A stretch of 64,000 nt of DNA from Vulcanimicrobiaceae bacterium. GTDB lineage: Bacteria; Vulcanimicrobiota; Vulcanimicrobiia; Vulcanimicrobiales; Vulcanimicrobiaceae. This document shows positions 10,413-18,702 of this stretch, piece by piece (within the stretch, counting starts at the first letter, position 1; each line of letters starts with the position of its first letter). A program made the position numbers and the translations under genes. The notes beneath the pieces were generated by a model. The model was not told the DNA's origin, made no database searches, and worked only from the letters and a program-made list of their open reading frames with translations. Where the stretch lies: contig DASSEZ010000029.1 of the NCBI GenBank assembly GCA_035694945.1, positions 44,088 to 108,087 on the forward strand, read 5' to 3'.

Positions 10413-10816
10413 AAAAGAGCATTGTCATCATCGCCGCGCTTGCGGCGCTTACCCTGACCGCGTGCGGTCAATCGAGCCCCGTCGGTTTGATCGACGTGCA
10501 GCGGCTGACGGCAAACTGGCCGCAGTACATCAACGTGCAGAACCAACTGCTCGCGGATCAGCGCGCCATTGAAACCGGCAAGGCCTCCCCTGCGGAAAAG
10601 CGCAAAGAAGCGCAGCAGCTGCAGGCAAAATACTCCGCGCTCTCCGAGCAACTCGTCAAGCAGATCAAGGACGCTGCCGCAAAAGTCGCCGAGCAAAAGA
10701 ACATGAAGCTCGTCGTGACGCATGAGTTCATCGGCTACGGCGGGACCGACATCACACCGGACGTCGAAAAGCAGATGGGCATCACGGAATCCGCCTCGCC
10801 CAGCCCGAGCCCGTAG
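10409..10816 (+). CDS. Small Skp/OmpH-family lipoprotein
   Basis: The GTG start overlaps the previous stop. It has a lipobox (LTLTAC). VGLIDVQRL ... MKLVVTHEFIGYGGTDITPDV forms a single Skp module. Confidence 0.7.
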   Translation: MKKSIVIIAALAALTLTACGQSSPVGLIDVQRLTANWPQYINVQNQLLADQRAIETGKASPAEKRKEAQQLQAKYSALSEQLVKQIKDAAAKVAEQKNMKLVVTHEFIGYGGTDITPDVEKQMGITESASPSPSP

Positions 10817-10827
10817 GAAACGCGCGT

Positions 10828-11880
10828 TTGCTGGGAACGCTCGCGCAGCTCGCCGGCCGCGTCGGCGGCCGGACGGCCGGCGACCAAACACTGGCGATTG
10901 CGCGCATCGCGGCGATCGACGAAGCCGGCCCGGATGCGCTGACGTTTGCCACCACACCCACGTATTTGCAGGCCGCGCTGCGTTCGCACGCGGCCGCGGT
11001 GCTTGTGGACGAAGGCCTCCTTCGGCAGGCTCAGGACGACGCGATTCGCCAGGATGACAACGCACTTGCCAAACCGCTAATTATCGTCGAGAACGCGCGC
11101 GTCGCGCTCATGCAGCTGCTGCGCGGCTTCGATCGTCCGCGCAAACGCGGTCCGTTCGTGCATCCGAGCGCCGTCGTGGATGCCAGCGCCACGATCGGTG
11201 CGGATGTGTATATCGGCCCCAACGTCGTCGTGAGCGCCGCAAGCCGAATCGGCGATCGCGCGGTGCTCGACGCGGGCACGTTCGTTGGCGAAGATGCCGC
11301 GATCGGCGCGGATACGACGTTGTATCCGCACGCGGCCGTGATGGACGGCTGCATCGTCGGAGATCGCGCGATCGTGCACCCGGGCGCCGTGATCGGCAGC
11401 GAAGGTTTCGGGTACGTCTTCGTGGACGGCCGCTTCGAGCGCATTCCGCAAGTTGGCAACGTCGTGCTTGGCGACGACGTCGAGATCGGCTCGAACACGT
11501 GCATCGATCGGGCGCAGACGGGCAGCACCAACATCGGCACCGGTACCAAAATCGACAACTTGTGCCAAATCGGCCACAACTGCCGCATCGGCGCGCACAC
11601 CGGCATGGCGGCGCAAACCGGCCTGGCGGGCAGCACCATTGTCGGTGACTACGTCCTCATCGGCGGGCAAGCCGGATTCAAAGGGCACATCACCATCGGC
11701 TCGCGCGTGAAGATTGCCGCGGGCGCGAAAGTGTGGAGCGACATTGCGGACGACGCCTTCGTAAGCGGAACGCCCGCGCGACCGCACCAGGAAGATTTGC
11801 GCCGAGAGGTCATGGTTCGCAGCCTGCCTAAGCTGGTGGCCCGTGTCGACGCACTCGAGAAGAAACTCCGCGAGTCTTAG
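10828..11880 (+). CDS. lpxD: UDP-3-O-acylglucosamine N-acyltransferase
   Basis: It has an LpxD-type N-terminal domain followed by a long left-handed beta-helix of hexapeptide repeats (IGADVYIGPNVVV, IGDRAVLDAGTFVG, and so on). Its position is upstream of lpxC-fabZ-lpxA. The start is TTG. Confidence 0.9.
   Translation: MLGTLAQLAGRVGGRTAGDQTLAIARIAAIDEAGPDALTFATTPTYLQAALRSHAAAVLVDEGLLRQAQDDAIRQDDNALAKPLIIVENARVALMQLLRGFDRPRKRGPFVHPSAVVDASATIGADVYIGPNVVVSAASRIGDRAVLDAGTFVGEDAAIGADTTLYPHAAVMDGCIVGDRAIVHPGAVIGSEGFGYVFVDGRFERIPQVGNVVLGDDVEIGSNTCIDRAQTGSTNIGTGTKIDNLCQIGHNCRIGAHTGMAAQTGLAGSTIVGDYVLIGGQAGFKGHITIGSRVKIAAGAKVWSDIADDAFVSGTPARPHQEDLRREVMVRSLPKLVARVDALEKKLRES
11016..11060. repeat. In-frame copy of the dispersed motif inside lpxD
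   Basis: The sequence is ctccttcggcaggctcaggacgacgcgattcgccaggatgacaac. The reverse complement of its first part is GTCGTCCTGAGCCTGCCGAAGGAG. It is translated as LLRQAQDDAIRQDDN. Confidence 0.55.
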
Positions 11881-11886
11881 GCCGGC

Positions 11887-12732
11887 GTGAGCGTGCAGTA
11901 TCAAACCACGCTGCGCAACGCATTTGCGTATGAAGGCGTGGGCCTGCATACCGGCGTGCCGTGCCGCGTGGAAGTCCGCCCGGCGCCCGCCGACAGCGGA
12001 TTGGTCTTCCAAACCGGCGGTGTCGAAATTCCGGCGCTCGCCGAATACGTGGTCGAAACCGCGCGCGCAACGGTCGTCGGCAAGGACGGCGTCACGATCT
12101 CCACGATCGAGCATCTGCTCGCCGCGCTTTTCGGCATGGGCGTCGCCAACGCGCACATCGACGTGGACGGTCCCGAAATTCCCGTCGCCGACGGCAGCGC
12201 GAAAACGTGGGTCGATCTCATTTCCGGCGCGGGGATCGCCGCGCAGCCCGAAGTGCGCGAACGCTACGTCCCCACCGCGCCGTCGTTCGTGCGCGACGGC
12301 GATCGCGCCGTCGTCATTCTTCCGGCGGCGCAGCTGCGCATCAAGTTTTTGGCGGACTTCGCGCCGCCCATCGGCACGCAGTATTTCGACGGCGAACTCA
12401 CGCCCGAGGTTTTTGCGAGCGAGGTCGCCAGCGCGCGGACGTTCGGCTATCTGCACGAAGTGCAGTCGCTGCTCGATCGGGGGCTTGCAAAAGGCGGGAC
12501 GCTCGACAACGCGCTGGTGTTCGCACCGGACGGCCCGATGCAGGAGATGCGCTGGCCAAACGAGCCAGTACGCCACAAAGTGCTCGATCTCATCGGTGAT
12601 TTCGCGCTGCTCGGCGCGTGGCCGCAGTGTGAGATCGTCGCGATCAAGAGCGGTCACAAACTGCATTGCATCGCCACGACGGAACTGCGCCGGCAGATGA
12701 GCGCGAAACTTCCTTCGGCGAAAGTGCAATAA
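11887..12732 (+). CDS. lpxC: UDP-3-O-acyl-N-acetylglucosamine deacetylase
   Basis: LpxC signatures are present: GVGLHTGVPCRVEVRPA, TIEHLLAALFGMGVANAHIDVDGPEIPVADGSA and HKVLDLIGDFALLG. Confidence 0.95.
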   Translation: MSVQYQTTLRNAFAYEGVGLHTGVPCRVEVRPAPADSGLVFQTGGVEIPALAEYVVETARATVVGKDGVTISTIEHLLAALFGMGVANAHIDVDGPEIPVADGSAKTWVDLISGAGIAAQPEVRERYVPTAPSFVRDGDRAVVILPAAQLRIKFLADFAPPIGTQYFDGELTPEVFASEVASARTFGYLHEVQSLLDRGLAKGGTLDNALVFAPDGPMQEMRWPNEPVRHKVLDLIGDFALLGAWPQCEIVAIKSGHKLHCIATTELRRQMSAKLPSAKVQ

Positions 12733-12734
12733 CG

Positions 12735-13208
12735 TTGGCTGAACTCGACATCCGGCAGATCATGGAGATCTTGCCGCACCGCTATCCGCTGCTGCTGGTC
12801 GATCGCATCACGGAACTGGAGCCCGGCGTGCGCGCGGTCGGCTACAAAAACGTCACCATTACCGAACCGGTTTTCACCGGGCATTTCCCCGGCAATCCGT
12901 TGCTGCCGGGTGTCTACATGATTGAAGCGCTGGCGCAGCTCGGTGGCTGCGTCGTGCTCGAACCAGGCGAATTTTCTCGCAAGACGCCGTACCTGGCCGG
13001 TATCGACGCCGCCAAGTTCCGCCGCCCGGTGGTTCCGGGCGATCGCTTCATGATGGAAGTACGCCTTACCAAGCACAAACGCAACATCGGCTGGGTGCAT
13101 GCGGAAGGCAGCGTGGACGGGCAATTCGTCGTCTCCGCGGAGCTCATGTTCTCGATTGCTTCCGATCCGCGGCTGTTCGGGTTCGACGCGACGGTGTTGC
13201 ACGCGTGA
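12735..13208 (+). CDS. fabZ: 3-hydroxyacyl-ACP dehydratase
   Basis: It contains ILPHRYPLLLVDRI and FTGHFPGNPLLPGVYMIEALAQ. TTG 12735 lies just after the lpxC stop; the ORF-track ATG 12666 would overlap lpxC. Confidence 0.93.
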   Translation: MAELDIRQIMEILPHRYPLLLVDRITELEPGVRAVGYKNVTITEPVFTGHFPGNPLLPGVYMIEALAQLGGCVVLEPGEFSRKTPYLAGIDAAKFRRPVVPGDRFMMEVRLTKHKRNIGWVHAEGSVDGQFVVSAELMFSIASDPRLFGFDATVLHA

Positions 13209-13975
13209 TCCATCCCACAGCTATCGTTCATCCGAACGCGAAGATCGATCGCGGCGTGGAAATTGGGCCGTATTGCATCGTCGGTGAAAACGTTTCGGTC
13301 GGCCGCGGCACCGTGCTGCAAGCGCACGTCGTGGTCAACGGTTGGACGAGCATCGGCGAAGACTGCCAGATCTTCCCATTCGCAACGATCGGCGCGTCCT
13401 CGCAAGACAAGAAGTACACCGGCGAGCGCGCGTACACGCGCATCGGCAGCCGCACAATCATTCGCGAGTACGTCAGCGTGCAGCGCGCGACGGGCGAAGA
13501 TCAGGTCACGGCAATCGGCGATGACTGCCTGCTGCTCGCCTACACGCACGTCGCCCACAATTGCATCCTCGGAAACGGCGTCACGATGAGCAATCTCGCA
13601 CAGCTCGCCGGCCATTGCATCATTGAAGACTACGCCTCGATTGCCGGCATGGCCGGCTTGCATCAGTTCGTGCGCGTGGGCCGGTTTGCGTTCATCGGCG
13701 GCGACAGCAAGGTCACGCGCGACGTACCCCCGTTCTTCCTTGTCGAAGGGAATCCAGCCGCGCCGTACGGTCTGAACAGCGTGGGCCTGCGCCGCGCGAG
13801 CTTCAGCGACGAAGAACGCGCCGAGATCAAGAAGTTCTACAAACTGCTGTACGGTTCCAAACTCAAACTTTCCGAAGCGATCGACGCGATGAAAACGGAA
13901 GTAAGCACGGAATCCGGGCGCCATATTCTCGCGTTTCTCGAAGGCGACTCGCAACGCGGAATATTGCTGAAGTAG
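13205..13975 (+). CDS. lpxA: Acyl-ACP-UDP-N-acetylglucosamine O-acyltransferase
   Basis: The GTG start overlaps the fabZ stop (GTGA). MIHPTAIVHPNAKIDRGVEIGPYCIVGENVSVG hexapeptide repeats are followed by an LpxA C-terminal helical domain. Confidence 0.95.
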   Translation: MIHPTAIVHPNAKIDRGVEIGPYCIVGENVSVGRGTVLQAHVVVNGWTSIGEDCQIFPFATIGASSQDKKYTGERAYTRIGSRTIIREYVSVQRATGEDQVTAIGDDCLLLAYTHVAHNCILGNGVTMSNLAQLAGHCIIEDYASIAGMAGLHQFVRVGRFAFIGGDSKVTRDVPPFFLVEGNPAAPYGLNSVGLRRASFSDEERAEIKKFYKLLYGSKLKLSEAIDAMKTEVSTESGRHILAFLEGDSQRGILLK

Positions 13976-13978
13976 CGC

Positions 13979-15091
13979 ATGCGCTATTTCCTCTCATCGG
14001 GTGAGGCTTCGGGAGAACTTGCCGCCACGCTGATCGCGCAGGCGATCCGCGCCATCGATCCCCAGGCGCAGTTCGAAGGGATCGGCGCCGCGCGTATGCG
14101 CGAGAACGGCATACGGCTCTGGCGCGATCACACGGGATGGGCGAGCATGGGTCCGCTGGCAGCGGTGCCGCGCATCCCCAAACTGCTGCGCATCATGCTG
14201 CAAACCGCGCAGCACATCGCGCAACGCAAACCCGACCTCGTCATCCTGGTGGACTTCGGCGCGTTCAACGTGCGTCTGGCCAAACGGCTGCGTGAGATCG
14301 GCTATCGCGGACCGATTCTGGACGTATTTCCGCCCGCGACATGGCTCGATCGGGAAAAAACCGCGCGCGACGTTGCCGCGATCATGACGCCGCTCACGGC
14401 ATTTGCGCATCAGCGCGATTTCTACCGCTCGATGGATCTGCCGATTGCGTACTTCGGCCATCCGCTCGCCGGCCAGTATACGCTGCGCGCGCCGCGCGCG
14501 GCGCCGCCACCGGACGGGGGTATCATCGCGCTGCTGCCCGGAAGCCGTTCGGGCGAGCTGCGCCATCACGTCCCGCGTTTGTTTGCGGCGTTTCGCGATC
14601 TGCAGCAGCGCCGGCCGCACCTGCGCGGCGTCGCCGGTGCTGCGGACGACCGCGCGGAGCGTTATCTGCGTGACGTGGCCAGACGCCACGGGCTACATGC
14701 GCTGGATTTTGCGCGCGGCACGCGCGAGGCGATCGCCGGGGCCGATGCCGCCTGGGTTGCTTCGGGTACGGCCGTGCTCGAATGTGCGCTTTCCGGCGTA
14801 CCCGCGGTCGCGTTGTACGTCATCTCGCCGCTGCTGGTGCGGCACGCGCGGCGGGTGTATTCCGGTCGCTTCATCACCATTCCGAACCTGGTGTTGGATC
14901 GTGCCGTCATTCCCGAACTGCTGCAGGAGCAGGCGACGCCGCGGCGGCTGTCCGATGCAATGGACGCGGTCCTGCGCGATCCGGGCGAGCAGTATCTCAG
15001 CTTCCAACAGCTGCGCGAGGCGCTCGGCCCGCCAGATGCGCTCGAACAGTGCGCGTCGTATGCGGTGCAGCTCGCGCGCGGAGCGGCATGA
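13979..15091 (+). CDS. lpxB: Lipid-A-disaccharide synthase
   Basis: The N-terminus SSGEASGELAATLI is the GT19 LpxB motif. It has GT-B length and sits immediately after lpxA. Confidence 0.9.
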   Translation: MRYFLSSGEASGELAATLIAQAIRAIDPQAQFEGIGAARMRENGIRLWRDHTGWASMGPLAAVPRIPKLLRIMLQTAQHIAQRKPDLVILVDFGAFNVRLAKRLREIGYRGPILDVFPPATWLDREKTARDVAAIMTPLTAFAHQRDFYRSMDLPIAYFGHPLAGQYTLRAPRAAPPPDGGIIALLPGSRSGELRHHVPRLFAAFRDLQQRRPHLRGVAGAADDRAERYLRDVARRHGLHALDFARGTREAIAGADAAWVASGTAVLECALSGVPAVALYVISPLLVRHARRVYSGRFITIPNLVLDRAVIPELLQEQATPRRLSDAMDAVLRDPGEQYLSFQQLREALGPPDALEQCASYAVQLARGAA

Positions 15092-15804
15092 TGCTGATCT
15101 ATCACACCTCCGATCTGCACGATCATCGTGGCATCGTCGCGCCGCTTAACGCATTGCGCTCGCGCGAACCGGGCTTGCTCTTCGACTGCGGCGACTCCCT
15201 GCGCGGCAGCCAAACAATGTACCATCGCAGCGAACCGATCATCGGTGAAATCGACGCCGCCGGCTACGACGCGCAAGCGATCGGCAACCGCGAATTTCAC
15301 TATGCGTACCGGTGTTTGAAAGCGCGTGCGACACAGATGCACCACCCGCTCGTTTGTACGAATCTGGTGGACGTCAAAGGCCGCGACTTGCCGTTCGTAC
15401 GTTCACTGCAACTCGCGTATGAAGGCGCGAACGTGCACGTGCTGGGTTTGCTGATCATGCAATATCCAATCGGCAGTATGTGGGAACGCGTCTTCGGATG
15501 GCGCTTTCTCGACCCGGCGAGCGTCGTGCGCGAATTCAGCGCGCAGGTTCCGGAGGGCGAACCGCTTGTCGTGCTCTCGCACTTGGGTCTGCGGCTCGAT
15601 CGCAAACTCGCCGCTGCGGTACCGCGCATCGATCTGCTGCTCGGCGGACACAGCCACGACACGCTGGCGCAACCCGAGTACGTCGGCAACGTGCCGATCG
15701 TGCATGCGGGACCGTACGGCAAATACGTCTCGCGCACGCAGATCGAGCGCGAAGCCAATCGCTGGACGATCCGCCGCTTCGACCTGGTGCCGTTGTTACC
15801 GTGA
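15088..15804 (+). CDS. Calcineurin-like metallophosphoesterase (candidate lipid A pathway pyrophosphatase)
   Basis: ATG 15088 overlaps the lpxB stop (ATGA). Metallophosphoesterase motifs are present: SDLHDH, CGDSLRG, GNREFH, VLSHLG and GGHSHD. Confidence 0.8.
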   Translation: MMLIYHTSDLHDHRGIVAPLNALRSREPGLLFDCGDSLRGSQTMYHRSEPIIGEIDAAGYDAQAIGNREFHYAYRCLKARATQMHHPLVCTNLVDVKGRDLPFVRSLQLAYEGANVHVLGLLIMQYPIGSMWERVFGWRFLDPASVVREFSAQVPEGEPLVVLSHLGLRLDRKLAAAVPRIDLLLGGHSHDTLAQPEYVGNVPIVHAGPYGKYVSRTQIEREANRWTIRRFDLVPLLP

Positions 15805-16952
15805 ACCGGGTGTTATTCGTTTCCAACGGTCACGGGGAGGTCGCAATCGCGGCGCGTCTCGCCGCGGAAGTGCAGGCGCGCGGCCCGATTCCGTGCGACC
15901 ATCTGGCACTCGTCGGAGATTTTCGTTATCCGTCGACAATGCGCGAAGTCGGTCCTCGCCAAGCGATGCCCAGCGGCGGCGTGATTGCGATGGGCAACTT
16001 TCGAAACATCGCGCGCGACGTGCGCGCGGGACTGGTGATGCATACGCTCGCGCAGTTGCGCTTTCTGCGCGGCGTGCGGCGCACGTACAGCGTTGCGGTG
16101 GCCGTCGGCGACGTCTACGCGCTCATCATGGCACTGCAGGCGCAAGCGCGCGCGACGGTGTTCGTGGGAACGGCAAAAAGCGTGTACGTGGCACCGTACG
16201 GACGGATAGAGGAGCGGGTCATCGCCAAAGCCGATGCGACGTTCGTGCGCGATGCGCAAACCGCGCAGGTGCTCGCCGATCACGGCATTGGCGCGACGCC
16301 GGCAAACACGATTGTCGATTTGTACGCCGACCCGCCCGATGCACTCGACGTGCCGTTCGATCCGCTGCTCGCGCTTTTTCCGGGAAGCCGCGAGCCCGCG
16401 TACGACGACGCGGTATTTCTGGCCAGCGTGATGCGCGATCTTTGCCGATCGCGTACGGGAGCCGGCGGCGTGCTTTCCATTGCACCGGGCATCGACCCGC
16501 AGCGCATGTGCGCGAAGTTGGAAAACGACGGCTGGCGTATCGAGCCTACTCCTGGAGCGCTCGAACCGTTCGCATTGTATGACGGCGAGCGCGAAGTCGT
16601 GCGCGCGTGGCAAGGATCGCTGGGCGCGATGTTGCGCCGCGCAACGCTGGTGCTTGGACAAGCGGGCACCGCAAACGAAGCTGCGGCCGCGCAAGGCATT
16701 CCGATCGTCGCATTCGCCCGCACCGGTGAAGTGCGCGCGCCATGGTACCGCATGCGGCAAATCGGACTGCTGGGTGAGGCAATGATCGTCGCGCCTGCGC
16801 AAGCGCAGCAAGCGGTGCGCGACGTGCTCGCACTGCTCGACGATCCGCAGCGGCGCGAGCGCATGGGCGCCACCGGACGCGAACGCATGGGTCCGCGCGG
16901 ATCAGCGCCGCTGATCGCCGCGCGCATCGACGCGCTGGTGAACGGCAAATGA
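15801..16952 (+). CDS. Lipid-A-disaccharide-synthase-related GT-B protein
   Basis: GTG 15801 overlaps the previous stop (GTGA). The N-terminus FVSNGHGEVAIAARLA and the C-terminal LGQAGTANEAAAAQGIPIV resemble, from memory, the family usually annotated as lipid-A-disaccharide synthase-related protein. Confidence 0.6.
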   Translation: MNRVLFVSNGHGEVAIAARLAAEVQARGPIPCDHLALVGDFRYPSTMREVGPRQAMPSGGVIAMGNFRNIARDVRAGLVMHTLAQLRFLRGVRRTYSVAVAVGDVYALIMALQAQARATVFVGTAKSVYVAPYGRIEERVIAKADATFVRDAQTAQVLADHGIGATPANTIVDLYADPPDALDVPFDPLLALFPGSREPAYDDAVFLASVMRDLCRSRTGAGGVLSIAPGIDPQRMCAKLENDGWRIEPTPGALEPFALYDGEREVVRAWQGSLGAMLRRATLVLGQAGTANEAAAAQGIPIVAFARTGEVRAPWYRMRQIGLLGEAMIVAPAQAQQAVRDVLALLDDPQRRERMGATGRERMGPRGSAPLIAARIDALVNGK

Positions 16953-18154
16953 AGGCGGCGCGCTTGTTGCCCGCAGCGTTTGCGTTCACGTATTTCGTCG
17001 TGCCGCTGTTCCCGCCGTTCATCACGCTCACCGCCGTGTCGATTCCCGGCGTTTCGCTCGTGCCTGCGGCGTTTGCCGTCGCGCTCCTGGCAATCATGGC
17101 GGCGATCGCGGTATACGCCTCGTACCTGTTGCTGCAGCGTCCCGTGCAGCGCCCGCCGACGATGTTTCCGCTGCTCGGCTGGCTCTGTGCCGCGCTGCTC
17201 TCGGCGGTGCTCGGATTCAATCCCGCGGGCGGACTGTTGTTCATCGGCATTTTTGGATTGGGCGTGGTGTGGCATCTCACGCTGCTGCGTTACTATACGT
17301 ATCCCGGCGTAAACCGCGCGATCTTTTGGAGTTACGTCGTCTCCGGCGGTTTGGCCGCGCTCGCGGCGGTGGTGATGGTGATCGCGCGCGTCCCCGCGGA
17401 TCAATACACGATCGGCCATGGGCGCGCGATCGGCACGTTTATCTTACCGGGGGAACTCGCCGGATACCTCATCATCTTCTTGCCGGTCGTGTATGCCGTC
17501 GCGCGCGTCACCGCCGACAAAGCGCTGCGCGCCGCCGCGTGGAGCTCGCTCGCCGTCGGACTGCTCGCGCTCGCATTGACGTTTTCGCGCGCGGGCTGGA
17601 TGGGCTTTGCGGCGGCGATTGCGTTTCTCGCGTTTTCCAGAGGCAGCGAGCGCCGGCGCTACGCACCGGTTATTTTGCTCGGCGGACTTGCCGCAGTGCT
17701 GCTGGTATTCAACGCGCATCACAATCCCGCGGAAAATTATACGCGTCTATCGATTTGGCAAGCGGCGGTGGAAATCGTGCGGCGCTTTCCACTCACAGGC
17801 GTCGGCCCGTTCGACTTCGCGCGCATCTATCCGCTCTTACGCATGCCCGACGGCGATCTCACGGCGTTTCACGCGCACAGTTTTCTTTTGACGATCTTCG
17901 CCGAACTCGGCCTCGTGGGCGTCGTCGCGGTGCTGGCGGCGTGGTGGCGCTTCGGCGTGGAATTGCGCGAAGATCTGCGCCGGGCGACGCCGGCACATAC
18001 GCTGCTCGCGCTCGCGATAGCGGCGGGACTCGTAGGAACGTGGGTGCAAGGCCTAATCGACACCGTAAGCGTGGTGATCTTCGGCTTGTGGCTGCCGTCG
18101 ATGGCGCTCGCGCTTGCGGTGGCAAAACACGGATTGGGAGAAGGATTGGAATGA
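16949..18154 (+). CDS. O-antigen ligase-like (Wzy_C) polytopic membrane protein
   Basis: ATG overlaps the previous stop (ATGA). It has about 10-12 hydrophobic helices. The Wzy_C-like segment is TFSRAGWMGFAAAIAFLAF, followed by a periplasmic loop. Confidence 0.75.
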   Translation: MKAARLLPAAFAFTYFVVPLFPPFITLTAVSIPGVSLVPAAFAVALLAIMAAIAVYASYLLLQRPVQRPPTMFPLLGWLCAALLSAVLGFNPAGGLLFIGIFGLGVVWHLTLLRYYTYPGVNRAIFWSYVVSGGLAALAAVVMVIARVPADQYTIGHGRAIGTFILPGELAGYLIIFLPVVYAVARVTADKALRAAAWSSLAVGLLALALTFSRAGWMGFAAAIAFLAFSRGSERRRYAPVILLGGLAAVLLVFNAHHNPAENYTRLSIWQAAVEIVRRFPLTGVGPFDFARIYPLLRMPDGDLTAFHAHSFLLTIFAELGLVGVVAVLAAWWRFGVELREDLRRATPAHTLLALAIAAGLVGTWVQGLIDTVSVVIFGLWLPSMALALAVAKHGLGEGLE

Positions 18155-18702
18155 AGCGTACTGCGGCGCTGCTCATCTGCGCGTTCGTGCTGGCTGGCTG
18201 CAACCCGCAACCGGAACACCGGCCGGCGAGCACGGCGACGCCGTCTTCGCCTCCATCGGGAACGCCGCCGCTCAAAATCACGGGGCATGGGACGGCGCGC
18301 CAGCCGATACGCGTTATCGGGCAGCGGCCCGGCGGCGGCAAGGCGTACCAATTGCTGGCCCTCTCATCGGAAATTAGCTCGGTGCAAGGCGGTACGCAAG
18401 CCAGCTTCGAGAAAACGAACGTGACGTTTTACGACAAGGACGGTACGACACTGCAGGCGCAATCGCCGCGAGCGCATCTGGACGATCGCCGCAAGCAGGT
18501 GATTCTCGCAGGTGGAGTGCATGCCAAGACCAGCACGGGATTGACGCTTGTTTGCGATCAGCTCGTGTACGACGACGCGAGCGGCATGCTGCACGGCACG
18601 GGACACGTGCGGATCGCGGGAATGCAAGGCGGGCAGCAGCAGGTGCTCACCGGAAACGAGTTTACGTCGGACGTCAAGCTGACCCGGATGACGATAAGGT
18701 AA
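18151..18702 (+). CDS. LptC/LptA (OstA-fold)-like lipoprotein
   Basis: ATG overlaps the previous stop (ATGA). It has a lipobox (FVLAGC). The beta-rich body (QASFEKTNVTFYDKDGTTLQAQSPRAHLD ... LVCDQLVYDDASGMLHGTGHVRI) resembles an OstA/LptC fold. It lies directly upstream of lptB. Confidence 0.55.
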   Translation: MKRTAALLICAFVLAGCNPQPEHRPASTATPSSPPSGTPPLKITGHGTARQPIRVIGQRPGGGKAYQLLALSSEISSVQGGTQASFEKTNVTFYDKDGTTLQAQSPRAHLDDRRKQVILAGGVHAKTSTGLTLVCDQLVYDDASGMLHGTGHVRIAGMQGGQQQVLTGNEFTSDVKLTRMTIR

